Positions 1 to 13,043 of a stretch of 64,000 nucleotides of DNA are shown here, in pieces (position 1 is the stretch's first letter; every line of letters begins with the position of its first letter). The translations under genes were made by a program, and so were the position numbers. The notes beneath the pieces were generated by a model that was given only the letters and a program-made list of their open reading frames with translations, had not been told where the DNA came from and ran no database searches. The stretch is taken from NCBI GenBank assembly GCA_951406725.2, contig OX597832.1, positions 48,174,001 to 48,238,000 on the forward strand. Direction: 5' to 3'. The stretch is from Octopus vulgaris. Taxonomy: Eukaryota.

Positions 1-805
1 ACGGCAGATGAAATACCTATTTCTTTACAACCCACAAGGGGCTAAACACAGAAGGGACAAACAAGGACAGAGAAAGGGATTAAGTCGATTACATCGTCCC
101 CAGTGCGAAACTGGTACTTTATTTAATCGACCCCGAAAGAATGAAAGGCAAAGTCGACCTCGGCGGAATTTGAACTCAGAACTTAATGGTAGACGAAATA
201 CCTATTTCTTTACTACCCACAAGGGGCTAAACATAGAGGGGACAAACAAGGACAGACATAGGTATTAAGTCGATTACATCGACCCCAGTGCGTAACTGGT
301 ACTTAATTTATCGACCCCCGAAAGGATGAAAGGCAAAGTCGACCTCGGCGGAATTTGAACTCAGAACGTAACGGCAGACGAAATACCTATTTCTTTACTA
401 CCCACAAGGGGCTAAACACAGAGGGGACAAACAAGGACAGTCACACGGATTAAGTCAATTACATCGACCTCCAGTGCGTAACTGGTACTTTATTTATCGA
501 CCCCGAAAGGATGAAAGGCAAAGTCGACCTCGACGGAATTTGAACTCAGAACGTAACGGCAGACGAAATACCTATTTCTTTACTACGCACAAGGGGCTAA
601 ACACAGAAGGGACAAACAAGGACATACACACGGATTAAGTCGATTATATCGACCCCAGTGCGTAACTGGTACTTAATTTATCGACCCCGAAAGGATGAAA
701 GGCAAAGTCGACCTCGGCGGAATTTGAACTCAGAACGTAAACGGCAGACCAAAATACGGCTGCGCATTTCGCCCGGCGTGCTAACGTTTCTGCCAGCTCG
801 CCGCC
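1..805 (-). mobile_element. SINE family A (tRNA-derived) concatemer: one head plus tandem 185-bp units, runs off window start
   Basis: Unit starts TATTTCTTT at 18, 203, 388, 573 (period 185). Minus strand head GGCGGCGAGCTGGCAGAAACGTTAG (A-box-like), B-box-like GAGTTCAAATTCC, conserved body GCCTTTCATCCTTTCGGGGTCGATAAATTAAGTACCAG. Confidence 0.9.
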
Positions 806-1244
806 TTAGCAAGCAAGCAAACGAACAGCATATTGGTGCAACTACACTCGTAGCGATGCGTGTAATATTTGGCTTGAGGGATATATGCATGGATGCATGG
901 ATGGGAGATGGTACGGATGGTGATATTTATACAGATGGTTTCTGTTTGTTATCCCATATGCTTCTCTGTTTTACTACTTCGCCTTAATGGTTAATACATA
1001 TTAGATATAAACGCAGACACATATCATGTATATAAACTCACACAAACACACACAGAGGCACACAAATATATATATGTACATGCATTCATATGTATGTATC
1101 ATGCTTTCTTACATCTTGTGTCGGTAATAGACTTGGCGCGAGGCAAATTGACGATAAGTGTAGACAAAAGAAATATCGGAGTTAGGATGCTAAAGAAGGT
1201 CAGAGAGTTAAGAAGTGAGACAACGAAACAAATATATACATGTT

Positions 1245-1402
1245 CTACACACACGCACACACACAGACACACACACATAGACACACACACACACACACAC
1301 ACAGACACACACACACACATACACACACACATACACGCAGACATACACACACAGACACACACACAAACACACAGACACACACACAGACACCCACACACAA
1401 AC

Positions 1403-1435
<33 letters not shown>

Positions 1436-1593
1436 GACATACACACACAGACACACACACAGACACACACACAAACACAAACACACAGACACACACACAG
1501 ACACACACACAAACACAAACACACAGACACACACACACTGACATACACACACAGACACACACACACACACAGACACACATACACAAACACACA

Positions 1594-1659
<66 letters not shown>

Positions 1660-1662
1660 CAA
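1245..1662. repeat. Compound (CA)n microsatellite
   Basis: Direct reading; source of the His/Thr and Cys/Val ORFs. Confidence 0.97.
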
Positions 1663-2673
1663 ATGAACACCTTCACTCATGAATGTAATATACACAAATA
1701 ATTAAATAAACACACGTACAAGCGTAGTCATACATTCATCCACTCAGTACACACACATAGAGACACACACAGAGACACACACAGACACACACACACACAC
1801 ACGGCTGATGATATGATTTATTCCCATCGCAACAAGAAACTTCGGTGGTGATATTTTATACTTTTATAACGCTCGGCCCCTTGAGTTACTCTGTTGCTTC
1901 TGCTAAATAGTAATACACATGCATACATACATGCACACATACACACACACACACACACACAAATCCCCCAAAACGGAACAAGAACGTAGCAGACGACAAT
2001 AAAAACATACAGACAGATGGACGATACAAAGACGGACAGGAAAACCAGGACGGGACATTTGTGGCTTTTTATTCATCAGTCAAGCTTCCAATCATCACTA
2101 CAGTTTCGGCCTGTTTCACTTGAGACTGTTCAAAATTGGTAGGCCCCAAAACTCTAAGCTAAGGGCATTAAATGTTTGGAAGAAAGCGAACGAATATGTG
2201 CGACAACACGGACCAAAAAAAAACGAGAAAACGGAGAAAATGTTACACGATTGCAAATACTAACAACAAGAATAACAACAGGTGTCTTTCGACTAAAAGG
2301 ATATATACACGTATGTATATATATATGTATACATATATATACACGTATGTATATATATATGTATACATATATGTAAACTATATATTTATTTTAGGAAAGA
2401 TTTTGTCAAAATGAAAATGATTTATAATATAGAAAATTTCCACAGATGAAGACAAGCTTTCTAGAAGGGAGTTTGTCTATTGTGTGGAAGCGCTTTCGCT
2501 CTTTAGATTTTCAAACACACGTGTCGTTATTTAGGGTATTTCCTGTTGGCATTTGGAAGGTAGGGGTTATTAGTCTGGCACATCATAGTGTTGTTTGTAG
2601 AAATCTATTTTGTATATACCCATGTATTAAGATGCGGAAAAAAATTAACTAAAAAATAAAAAAAAAGAATTAG

Positions 2674-2720
<47 letters not shown>

Positions 2721-2976
2721 CACACACATACACACCTATAGGCAGTGCAATGTTAGTTAACCCGATATATATATCCCTTGTTATCCACTTAAAGTGCATA
2801 ACCACTGTTCTGATTTTATGGAGCTCATATGCACCAAGTAAAGAAAATATGGAATATTTACCTCTCTTTACCCCAAAGGAACCTTTCTGATTAGGTGACT
2901 ATTCACCTCGTCAACCGCTGTTGAACTGAGAACAGTCATTAGCAGCATTTTATAGCAGTATTATATGGAAGTTGAG

Positions 2977-3115
2977 GGCGGTGAGCTGGCAGAATCGTTA
3001 GCACGCCGGGGTCGATTAAATAAGTTCTAGTTACGCATTTAATCGACTTAAACCCTTTGTCTATCTTTGTTTGTCCCTCCCCTATGTTTAGGGGCAATAT
3101 CCCCGAAAGGATCCC
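2977..3115 (+). mobile_element. Deleted SINE A copy
   Basis: GGCGGTGAGCTGGCAGAATCGTTAGCACGCCGG followed by internally deleted body and tail. Confidence 0.7.
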
Positions 3116-4259
3116 GGAGGCGCCCTAAAAACGATATGAGCGGTGTTTCGACCATGACTATGCAATGAATAAATGAACGCAACATTTCCCTAATTCATTC
3201 TCGAACATGCTCTAGAAAACCTATGACATCCGAGTATTTTTAATTACGCTTGAAGAAGAAAATCACTTTTATCAATAATTAAATTAGATTCGTTGTTGGT
3301 TGGTTCACCTTCAGATTGAACGGCGAGTGCATGTTATTATTTTCAAAGAAAGCAAAACGTGAGCTTATTAAAACCAAATATACAAGGCGTCAACGAATTC
3401 TCTTTTCATTTTAATGTTGTGTTCATTTGTTTTGTTTCGAATGTGGGCGAAAAATAAAATTCATTCGTGGATGTATTTTGCAAACTTATCCAGATATAGC
3501 TTTTTTCCCGAAATTAATGATGAGAAATAAAAAATATATATATAACAAAGAAGGGAAACTGGGAGAAAACTGTAAAGGAATTAGGTTAAGTTTTATATTT
3601 TAGAAATATATAATCGTATTAAAAAAGTAAATGCAAAAAAAGAGAAAAACGGTTAATAAAATTAAAAAGACAAAAATATTGATTAATAAAAAAGAATGAT
3701 GCAAAAACGAAGAATTGTCACATACATACAAAGATAAAACAACAACCAAAACACCTAAAAATTAGAACTACGTGAGAATACTGAATTGAAGAATTTAATT
3801 TATTGATTTTTAGCAAATTATTTTCGGATTTTGTGGTGAAATAAAAATAATTTAGTGAGGAATTATTGTGGGTTTTTCAACATTTGTGTCCAATTTCGGC
3901 AGCAAATCTGCCGTAATCCCTCTTTTGTTATATTGTTGCCTGTTTTATTTTGTATAATTCTTATTCTCTTTTACATTGGTGAGGGTGGAGTATGGCGGAG
4001 TTTCTTTGGAAAATGTGTGATCACATGAATAGACTCCAGGTTTTTATTGATTTTTCTTTGAATAAGCGCAAGGCCAAGTTTACTACAAAAAAACAAAAAA
4101 CAAAAAAGAAATGAAAAGGTGGTGGGGATGTTGTTTCCTATTGTCAATTAAATACAACCAGAATATATATTACGAGCATGAAAAGCAGGAAGGCCATCTT
4201 TGTCTCGATCTACTTCGACATGTGGAGACAAATCATCCGGCAGACCTCGTGACCCACAT

Positions 4260-4330
4260 CTCATCATGTGACTCGTCGTCTTTGTGTTGCTTCCCGCCCC
4301 TTTACTCTGGCAGTGGTATATAAGTGTCAT
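4260..4330 (+). promoter_or_regulatory. Possible Pol II core promoter (M-box TCATGTGA, GC box CCCGCCCC, TATATAAG)
   Basis: Three motifs in canonical order within about 65 bp of non-repetitive sequence; motif-only evidence. Confidence 0.2.
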
Positions 4331-4392
4331 CGCTAGAAACAGTAAAACGCAGCACTATGAGAACAAAACATAGATTACAATAAGATTTCAAG

Positions 4393-4436
<44 letters not shown>

Positions 4437-4524
4437 GAAAAGGCTTCAAAAAAAAGAAAAAAAGAATCGTCAGCAATTTTGTTGGTATCATAAATACTGG
4501 ACTAAGTGATTCAGCAGGGCCGAC

Positions 4525-4943
4525 GGATCTTTTCGGTTTGAACGGCAGTTTTTTCTGGCGGTGTCATATGAAATTGTCACCCATAATTATGACCCTAGTA
4601 TCGATCTATTGCATTTCAATCTGTTTTAAGGTTAGGGTTAGGGGTGGGGAGAAGGGTATATTTTTTTCTTCACAAATGTAAATGAACCCAATCTGTTTCT
4701 TAAACGAGGGACATATTCATACGGCACAGAATGTATTTTACCTCAATGGACGTCAGTGATTGGTTGAAATTGCAGAAATTGAAGAAAAAAAAACAACAAA
4801 TATCTTACAAACCATAGAATTTTCTCAATAAAGCCAAGAGAAAAAGATGTTTTATAAACACATTCTACCAGTATACGAAGTTTAAAATTTTTTAGTTACC
4901 TAGAAATTATTTTAAAAAACTGCCGTTCAAACCGAAAAGATCC
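4525..4943. mobile_element. MITE with about 30-bp TIRs and 8-bp TSD (Merlin/IS1016-like)
   Basis: TIR GGATCTTTTCGGTTTGAACGGCAGTTTTTT at the left, reverse complement at the right; perfect TSD GGGCCGAC at 4517-4524 and 4944-4951. Confidence 0.9.
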
Positions 4944-5084
4944 GGGCCGACTCAAATTCATGTTTAGTGACGAAACATCTGCTTATCAATTTACATTTAA
5001 TTCTCCTTTCGTTTGTCGTTCATCAAACTGAATTTACAAATCCTTCCAAGAGGCACACAACGCCAATCCATTATGACAGGACCA

Positions 5085-5345
5085 GAAGGATTCTGCAAAG
5101 GGAAGAGCTGGTATTTGGATAATGTCTCAAAGTACAACCATAAACTCTAAAACCGATCTGGATACGCTGAAGAAGTTACTGATTCTTATGGTCATCCATA
5201 ATTACATTATACTCCAACCGGATGATTGTATTTTGCTGAATGGCAAAATGCATGCAAAACAGCTTTAGAATTAATGATATTACTGTATCGGGTAATTCAG
5301 CAGGATCACCTCATCTGAACCCCATAGAAAATGTATGGGATTATA
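5085..5345 (+). pseudogene. Tc1-like DDE transposase relic
   Basis: Translates SAKGRAGIWIMSQSTTINSK and SPHLNPIENVW (Tc1 SPDLNPIENxW motif); frames broken. Confidence 0.7.
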
Positions 5346-5399
5346 TGAAAACATAAAAATTGCTGCTTATAATGCTTAATCAGTTCTGCACCTTGATTA

Positions 5400-5606
5400 T
5401 ATGTGTGTGTGTATGTATGTATGTATGTATGTATTGCATGTATGTATGTATGTATGTATGTATGTATGTATGTATGTATGTATGTATGTATGTATGTATG
5501 TATGCATGCATGTATGTATGTATGTATGTACGTACTATGTATATATGTATGTGTGTACGTACTATGTATGTATGTATGTATGTATGTATGCATGTACGTA
5601 CGTATG

Positions 5607-5640
<34 letters not shown>

Positions 5641-5686
5641 TGTATGTATGTATGTACGTACGTACGTACGTATGTATGTATGTATG

Positions 5687-5717
<31 letters not shown>

Positions 5718-5736
5718 GTATGTATGTATGTATGTA

Positions 5737-5767
<31 letters not shown>

Positions 5768-5992
5768 ATGTGTGTGTATGTAGCTATGTATGTATGTATG
5801 TATGTATGTATGTATGTGTATGTGTATGTATGTATGTATGTATGTGTATGTGTGTGTGTGTATGTATGTATGTATGTATGTGTGTGTGTGTATGTAGCTA
5901 TGTATGTATGTATGTATGTATGTATGTATGTGTATGTGTATGTATGTATGTATGTATGTGTATGTGTGTGTGTGTATGTATGTATGTATGTA

Positions 5993-6023
<31 letters not shown>

Positions 6024-6052
6024 ACGTATGTATGTATGCATGCATGTATGTA
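5400..6052. repeat. (TATG)n/(TG)n compound microsatellite
   Basis: Direct reading. Confidence 0.97.
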
Positions 6053-6371
6053 TGTTTTCTTGGTGAATCCGTTGTTTAATAGCTAATCCGTATTTTGGTA
6101 TTGTTTAGCACCAGGTCGGCTCCAGAACTATGAAAACATTTTTTTTATCGAACTTCTCGACGATAAAAGACAAATTTGTTCTGGGCGGAATTTGAACTCA
6201 GAACCCACTGATAAAAATAACGTCCAAGTCAGAAGATCATCGTCATCGATGGATTGCAAGAGCAAACTGCTATAATTCTATTCATTGCAGTTTTGGTCCC
6301 ATGGTCGCGGGATCAGTCCTGGGCACCGATAGAATTTGGATCCCTCGGCGGAATTCCAACTCAGAAACTGA

Positions 6372-6677
6372 TACTCCGTCGGTTACGACGACGAGTGTTC
6401 CAGTTGATCCGATCAACGGAACAGCCTGCTCGTGAAATTAACGTGTTTATCCTTAACGTACTTAACGTAGTTCTCTGAGAGCTCCAGCATGACACAGGAT
6501 GCGGCAATGCTGACCACGTTTGAATTACAGGTACAACTAATTTTTGCCAGCTAAGTGAACTGAAGCAACGTGAAATAAAGTGTCTTGCTCAAGAATACAA
6601 AGTACCGCCGGCAATAGAACTCACGACCTTACAATCAGGAGTCGATTACCCTAACCACTAAGCCATGCGCCTTCACT
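6372..6677 (-). mobile_element. SINE family D head/core with tail type 2
   Basis: Minus strand GTGAAGGCGCATGGCTTAGTGGTTAGGG head, CTTGAGCAAGACACTTTATTTCACGTTG core; tail matches 50795-50960. Confidence 0.8.
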
Positions 6678-6702
6678 GAACTCAGAAAGCAAACAGCAGA
6701 TA

Positions 6703-6867
6703 GGCGCAGGAGTGGCTGTGTGGTAAGTAGCTTGCTAACCAATCACATCGTTGCGGGTTCAGTCCCACTGCGTGGCATCTTGGGCAAGTGTCTTCTGCTA
6801 TAGTCCCGGGCCGACAAATGCCTTGTGAGTGGATTTGGTAGACGGAAACTGAAAGAAGCCCGTCGTA

Positions 6868-6925
<58 letters not shown>

Positions 6926-7148
6926 TGTGTGTGTTTGTGTGTCTGTGTTTGTCCCCCTAGCATTGCTTGACAACCGATGCTGGTGTGTTTACGCCCCCGT
7001 CACTTAGCGGTTCGGCAAAAGAGACCGATAGAATAAGTACTGGGCTTACAAAGAATAAGTCCCGAGGTCGATTTGCTCGACTAAAGGTGCTGCTCCAGCA
7101 TGGCCGCAGTCAAATGACTGAAACAAGTAAAAGAGAGAGAGAGTAAAG
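6703..7148 (+). mobile_element. SINE family B (tRNA head, CORE-like segment, internal TA/TG microsatellite, GTAAAAGA tail)
   Basis: GGCGCAGGAGTGGCTGTGTGGTAAG...GGGTTCAGTCCC...CTTGGGCAAGTGTCTTCT; at least 9 near-complete copies in the window. Resembles octopus OR-type CORE SINEs (from memory, unverified). Confidence 0.85.
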
Positions 7149-8423
7149 AATATAGTGCACAAGGCATTTCGTTTAACACTCAAACAATTCCGCCAATGCA
7201 CTGCACGTGTCCGCTACTTTATTTATCGTTTTTTTAGAGGATGAAAAGGTAAAGTTGATTTTCACGGGATTTGAATTTTGTGCACAGAGAGCCGGAACGA
7301 ATAAAGCAACACATTCCAATCCGATGGTTATAACGACTCTACTAATGTACTGCCTTAAACTCAGATACCAAAAGGTCGTAACTGAACGCCGTATGATATT
7401 TGGTTCACCATTCTATCGAACCAGTTCTGACTTCTATCACCATTTTTCGAGCAGTGAAAATATCAATCTCTCATATCTGACGCACAAGTTTATGAATGTT
7501 TAAGAGGGAATAATTGCAAAAAAACAGCCAAAAAACCCCAAAAAAACCGAATGTGTTTAAAGAGGTATAATCGATATACTAATGTTTAAAGGAGAATAAT
7601 CGATATAAAAAACATGTTAGGGAATATAAAGCATATATGGCTCCTTCGCCGGATATATTTAATAGTTCATTGATGCAGGATTTCGAATTTTGTCTTTTAT
7701 ATTATCGATAAAATAAGTATCAATCTTGTATTAATATTGATTCAGGCAATTTTAAACCTCACCCACAAAAATTAGTCTTGTTCATAATGAAAAAAAATCA
7801 ATATTTAATGTGTAATGAAATTTTATTACATATTTGTAACAGAGTTCATGGTTATATACAATACTTATATGTCTACTATATAATTGACAAGATCTCTCCG
7901 TCTCTCCGTCTCTCCTTATCGTCTTTCATTCTCTCCTTTTCTTTCTATACCATCCTCCTCGTCTCTACCGTTCTCTTGATACGCGTATCAAAGCAATTAG
8001 ATATTATGATATCTTTTTATTTGTCTGTGTATTTCGTTAAAATACTGACATGTTTAGTTAGCTGAACACTGGGTAGGAATCTATATAAAAGAATTCTACT
8101 GCTAATGTATATAAATCATCATGGTTATCTATGCATACCTCTGATGCCGCTTTGGTGTGATGGTTAGTGCTGCTATTTGGTTTACAGTAGTTGCCGAGAT
8201 CGAATCCTACAGGTGATATAACATTTTCTTGTGGGCTTGTTGTTGTTGCTCTTCTCCTTTTCTCTCTGCCTTTTTTGCTAAACACCGAAGAGGTGTTTAA
8301 GATGTGTAATATTTCAACAGAGAGTTATGTAATCCTTGCTGTGATATGCCGAAACGCGTGTATTTTTTAGAACGCATGAAATGCTACTTATATTTTCTGT
8401 ATTTTAACACTGTACATAAAGAC

Positions 8424-8428
8424 ATACA

Positions 8429-8460
<32 letters not shown>

Positions 8461-8508
8461 CACATACATACATACATACATACATATATACATACATACA
8501 TACATACA

Positions 8509-8540
<32 letters not shown>

Positions 8541-8630
8541 CACATACATACATACATACATACATACATACATACATACATACACACGCGCGTGCACACA
8601 CACATACACACACACACACGCACACACATA
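8424..8630. repeat. (CATA)n microsatellite
   Basis: Direct reading. Confidence 0.95.
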
Positions 8631-9334
8631 TGCACCCATGTTTGAATTTTAAATTAATACACGTACACTTATTCTTAATTGATATTAATGGATAAAACAA
8701 AAAACGAAACTGGAATTTCATATAATTAATGTCTTGAAATATAATTTGTTGTAAGTGATTAATTATGAAACTATGAACTTCTTTCGCTAAATTTCAAGAC
8801 TTTAGACTAGTATGTTGGTAGGCTAAGCTGAAGTAATTCCCTGTAGGGAATTGAAACCGCATTGTTGCTTTAAGTATGCTAAGAATCTTCTGTTGCGCGC
8901 TGGACCACGATCCATACATGCTGTCCTAAATAATAACGATATTGGTTACCACAGGATATGAAAAAAAGGTACCAAAAACAAAAATAGTAAAAACACCAAA
9001 CGCCAAGTCGAGACCTATTTTCGAAGCAAAATGCCAAGTTGACCTAATTTTTTTTTTTTAAGATTGAGTGATTTATCACGGCAGAATAAAAAAATAGGGG
9101 GAAAGAGGAATAGAAAGGTAGTAAGAAACTCGATGGTGAGATGGATAGTGGAAGGTCTTCAGAGGAGAAGACCCTCACCCTTTACCCTTCAAGCAAGTGT
9201 ATCGGCCCTTAAGAAAGGAAAGGAAAGAAAAGAAAGAAAGAAAGAAAAATAGGGGTAATGAGACAGAGCGGGAGGAGGACAGGAAGTGAAAAACGACACA
9301 AATTTACAATAACGAAAGGAAAGTAGGCTTGTGG

Positions 9335-9407
9335 GTGAGAGAGAGAAAGAGAGAGAGAGAGGAGAAAGGAGGAGGAGAGAGAGACAGAGGGTTGAACAGA
9401 GAGGGGT

Positions 9408-9446
<39 letters not shown>

Positions 9447-9576
9447 GAGAGAGAAGATTAGAGGGATAGATAGAAAAAGCGAGAGAGAGAGAGAGAGAGG
9501 GAGGAGAGAGACAGAGGCTAGAACAGAGAGGGATACAGAGACAGAGGGTGAAAAAGAGAGGGGTACAGAGACGGAG

Positions 9577-9617
<41 letters not shown>

Positions 9618-9850
9618 TAGATAGAAAAAGCGAGAGAGAAAGTGCAGGAGAGAGACGAGAGGGAGAAACAGAAGGAGAGAGCGACAAAGAAAGAAACAGA
9701 GAAAGAGAAAGAGAAGGGGAGAGGAGTTATAGAAGGAAAAAGGGAAAGAGATGAGAGGAAGAGAGAGAAACAGAGACAGAGAGGAAAAGTGAAAAAAAAG
9801 AGACAGAGAGAGGGAGACAATGAGAGAAGGAGAATGAGAGAAAGAGGAAG
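9335..9850. repeat. (GA)n-rich purine tract
   Basis: Direct reading. Confidence 0.95.
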
Positions 9851-10061
9851 AAAGCAGATGGGGTTGTAAGAACAAAACAGAAAAGATTAAATTAAACAAA
9901 AACAAAAGATTAAATAAATATTGTAACAGTTGGAGAAAGTAAGTATCAAAATACTGATCATAAAGGAGTTCTTTTAGTAAGAAGTTAGACTTACTGAATC
10001 TGATCAAACAAGACACGAAATTTTCCATAAAACCAACAAACAGATTTTCTAAACACTTCTG

Positions 10062-10483
10062 GGATCTTTTCGGTTTGAACGGCAGTTTTTTCTAGCGGTG
10101 TCATATGAAATTGTCACCCATAATTATGATTCTAGTATCGATCTATTGCATTTCAATCTATTTTAGGGTTAGGGTTAGGGGTGGGGGGAAGGGTATCTTT
10201 TTTTTCTTCACAAATGTAAATAAACCCAATCTGTTTCTTAAACGAGGGACATATTCATACAGCACAGAATGTATTTTAGCTCAATAGACGTCAGTGATTG
10301 GTTGAAATTGCAGAAATTGAAGAAAAAAAACCCAACAAATATGTTACAAACTATAGAATTTTCTCAATAAAGCCAAGAGAAAAAGATGTTTTATAAACAC
10401 ATTCTACCAGTATACGAAGTTTAAAAGTGTTTAGTTACGTGGAAATTATTTTAAAAAAACTGCCGGTCAAACCGAAAAGATCC
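10062..10483. mobile_element. Second full copy of the Merlin-like MITE
   Basis: Same TIRs and body as 4525-4943; TSD CACTTCTG (10054-10061) / CACATCTG (10484-10491). Confidence 0.9.
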
Positions 10484-10857
10484 CACATCTGATTCGCCTA
10501 TTAGTCGCAGCTCTTACAAGGGAAATAATCATTTCTTTATAATATCTGGGAGGATTAGAAATTGAATTTGAAATTAAGGAATTACGAGGAAAAAGATGCG
10601 TAGAATTCATATATTTATTTACTTTGGTTTACGTATGACGAAGTTCTTAAGATTTCTAGTTCGTGGTCATCATGTATAGCACTATTTCATTCTTTTCAGA
10701 AACCGTCTGCAAGATATCATGATATAGCTGATGACTACCGAAGTAAACATTTTATGAAGAGAGACATTTCTTTTAAGGATGGAAATAATAACTGCTGAAA
10801 GAAATTCATGGAATGTTCGTTGGCGCACACGGGTGTTTGTATGTGTGTGTATGTGTG

Positions 10858-10899
<42 letters not shown>

Positions 10900-11071
10900 T
10901 GTGATATGAGGGTTTCAGCCAGAAAAAAAAGACAAAATGTTAATAAACCGACGACTAAACCTCTAGGTCACTGTTTCTCGTCTGGACAGGAGTACTACGT
11001 CTCCTGTGGGCGCTGAGTTCGAGTCTTCGCTCCCATGATTTAATTATAATGAAAGCAATCTTTGATAATAT

Positions 11072-11353
11072 ATATTTCTTTACTGCCCACAAGGGGCTAA
11101 ACACAGAGGGGACAAACAAGGACAGACGAAGGGATTGAGTCGATTATATCGCCCCCAGTGCGAAACTGGTACTTTATTTATCGACCCCGAAAGGATGAAA
11201 GGCAAAGTCGACCTCGGCGGAATTTGAACTCACAACGTAACGGCAGCCGAAATACCGCTAAGCATTTCGCCAGGCGCGCTAACGTGTCTGCCAGCTCGCC
11301 GCCTAGCCAGCTCGCCGCCTAGCCAGCTCGCCGCCTAGCCAGCTCGCCGCCTA
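11072..11353 (-). mobile_element. SINE A monomer with quadruplicated 5' end
   Basis: 15-bp TSD AATCTTTGATAATAT at 11057-11071 and 11354-11368; GCCAGCTCGCCGCCTA x4. Confidence 0.9.
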
Positions 11354-11825
11354 AATCTTTGATAATATTGGCGAAGGCGTGACTGTGTGGCACGAAGCAT
11401 GCTTCCAGACCACTTGGTTCCGGGTTCAATCCCACTGCGTGGCACTTTGGGCAATTTTCTTCTATTGCAGTCTCGGCTTGACCAAAGCCCGGGGCTATAG
11501 TAGAAGTACCGGGATCAATGTAATCGACTTCCCTTTCCTTTCAAAATTGCTGGCCTTGTGCCAAAACCAGGAATAATTATTTAAGTTGATTTTCGTTTCA
11601 AGCGGAAGCGGCGCTGACGGGGTTAGAGGGAGGGGATAATTGGCAAGGGTAAAGGCATGACCTTCACAACGTTGCATCACTACCAGTATATGCATCAATC
11701 TTAAAGAAGTCGTTATATATTTTGGGAATCTGGAAGAAGAAATACGAAATTATTCTAAATTTAATTTTTATTGATTAATTAAAAACTTCCCGAATCTTCG
11801 TTAAAATTAGGTTGAAAATAGAATT

Positions 11826-12250
11826 TGTGTGTGTGTGTGTGAGTGTGTGTGAGTGAGTGTACGTGTGTGTGTGAGAGTGTGTCTGTGTGTATGTGTGTGT
11901 TGTGTGTGTGAATGCGTGTGTGTGTGTGTGTGAGTGTGTGTGTGTGTGCACGTGTGTGTGTGTATGTGTGTGTTGTGAGTGTGTGTGAGTGTGTGTGAGT
12001 GTACGTGTGTGTGTGCACGTGTGTGTGTGATTGCGTGTGTATGTGATTGCGTGTGTATGTGTGTGTTGTGTGTGTGTGAGTGTATGTGTGTGTGTTGTGT
12101 GTGCGTGTGTGTGTGAGTGTACGTGTGTGTGTGCAATTACGTGTGTATGTGTATGTGTGTGTTGTGTGTGTGTGTACGTGTGTGTGTGTGTGCAAGTGTT
12201 TGTGTGTGATTGCGTGTGTATGCGTATGTGTGTGTTTGACGTATGTGTTT
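11826..12250. repeat. (TG)n compound microsatellite
   Basis: Direct reading. Confidence 0.95.
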
Positions 12251-12487
12251 GTAGCTGAGTAAACGTATAAAGCGAGTATTAGTGTTTAATGTGTGTATAT
12301 GCATATCTGTATTCATGTGTATTCTTACGTACTGACATGCGTGTGTACGTGTGTGTGTGTGTGTGTATGTATGTGTATGTGTGTGTGTGTATGCGCGCGT
12401 CACTATGTTTATGAGTTATTGCCCAGTGGATGTATGTTTCTTTTTACAGTATTTCGAGTACGTGCTTGAATGTAAGAAAGTATGTGC

Positions 12488-12519
<32 letters not shown>

Positions 12520-12654
12520 ATTGTAGTCTATGTGTATATTTGCATCAAGTGTATGTGTATGTATGTGTGAATCTGTTTAATGACTATTTAGAGTTTACTT
12601 AGAGGTACGTGCGCTCTCTACGCGCATACGCACGCGCCATCAGTATTAGTCTGT

Positions 12655-12660
12655 TATCTA

Positions 12661-12726
<66 letters not shown>

Positions 12727-12740
12727 CGTCCGTCCATCTG

Positions 12741-12808
<68 letters not shown>

Positions 12809-12940
12809 GCTAGCTAGCTAGCTAGCTAGCTAGCTAACTATCTATCTAGCTAGCTAACTAGCTAGCTAGTTTGCTAGCGAGCTACCTTTCTTTCTTTCAG
12901 AGAAAGTCAGAGATAGATAGATAGATAGATAGATAGATAA
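12655..12940. repeat. Compound tetranucleotide run (TCTG/TCCG/TCTA/TAGC/GATA)
   Basis: Direct reading. Confidence 0.95.
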
Positions 12941-13043
12941 ATAGTAAAAGAGAGAGAGAAAAAAAGAGTGGCAGGAGAGGAAAATAATCGATTTCAGTAA
13001 TGAGCTGGTACTTCATTTGTCGAACCAGAAAGATGAAAGATGA

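Noticed and set aside
1-805. Tandem array as CRISPR or satellite; recurring KDERQSRPRRNLNSE ORFs as a gene family
   Set aside because: No unique spacers or cas genes; the units are SINE bodies and the ORFs are antisense SINE translations.
1800-1852. Hammerhead candidate CTGATGA...GAAAC TTCG GTG
   Set aside because: No convincing stem I or II, and a GUG triplet.
2045-2135. Hammerhead candidate on the minus strand (CTGATGA near 2073-2079)
   Set aside because: Downstream GAAA and stems missing; may be a decayed relative but cannot be supported.
1094-6086. Long ORFs of 150-240 aa (HT, CV, MYVC repeats)
   Set aside because: Translations of stop-free microsatellites, open in several frames on both strands.
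9189-10028. 279-aa Leu/Ser/Phe-rich membrane-protein-like ORF
   Set aside because: Antisense reading of a (GA)n purine tract.
10163-10190. True interstitial telomere or chromosome fusion site
   Set aside because: Only about three units, and they are an internal part of a repeated MITE.
10722-10760. Hammerhead candidate CTGATGACTACCGAAGTAAAC
   Set aside because: Lacks the GAAA core after stem II and has no stem III.
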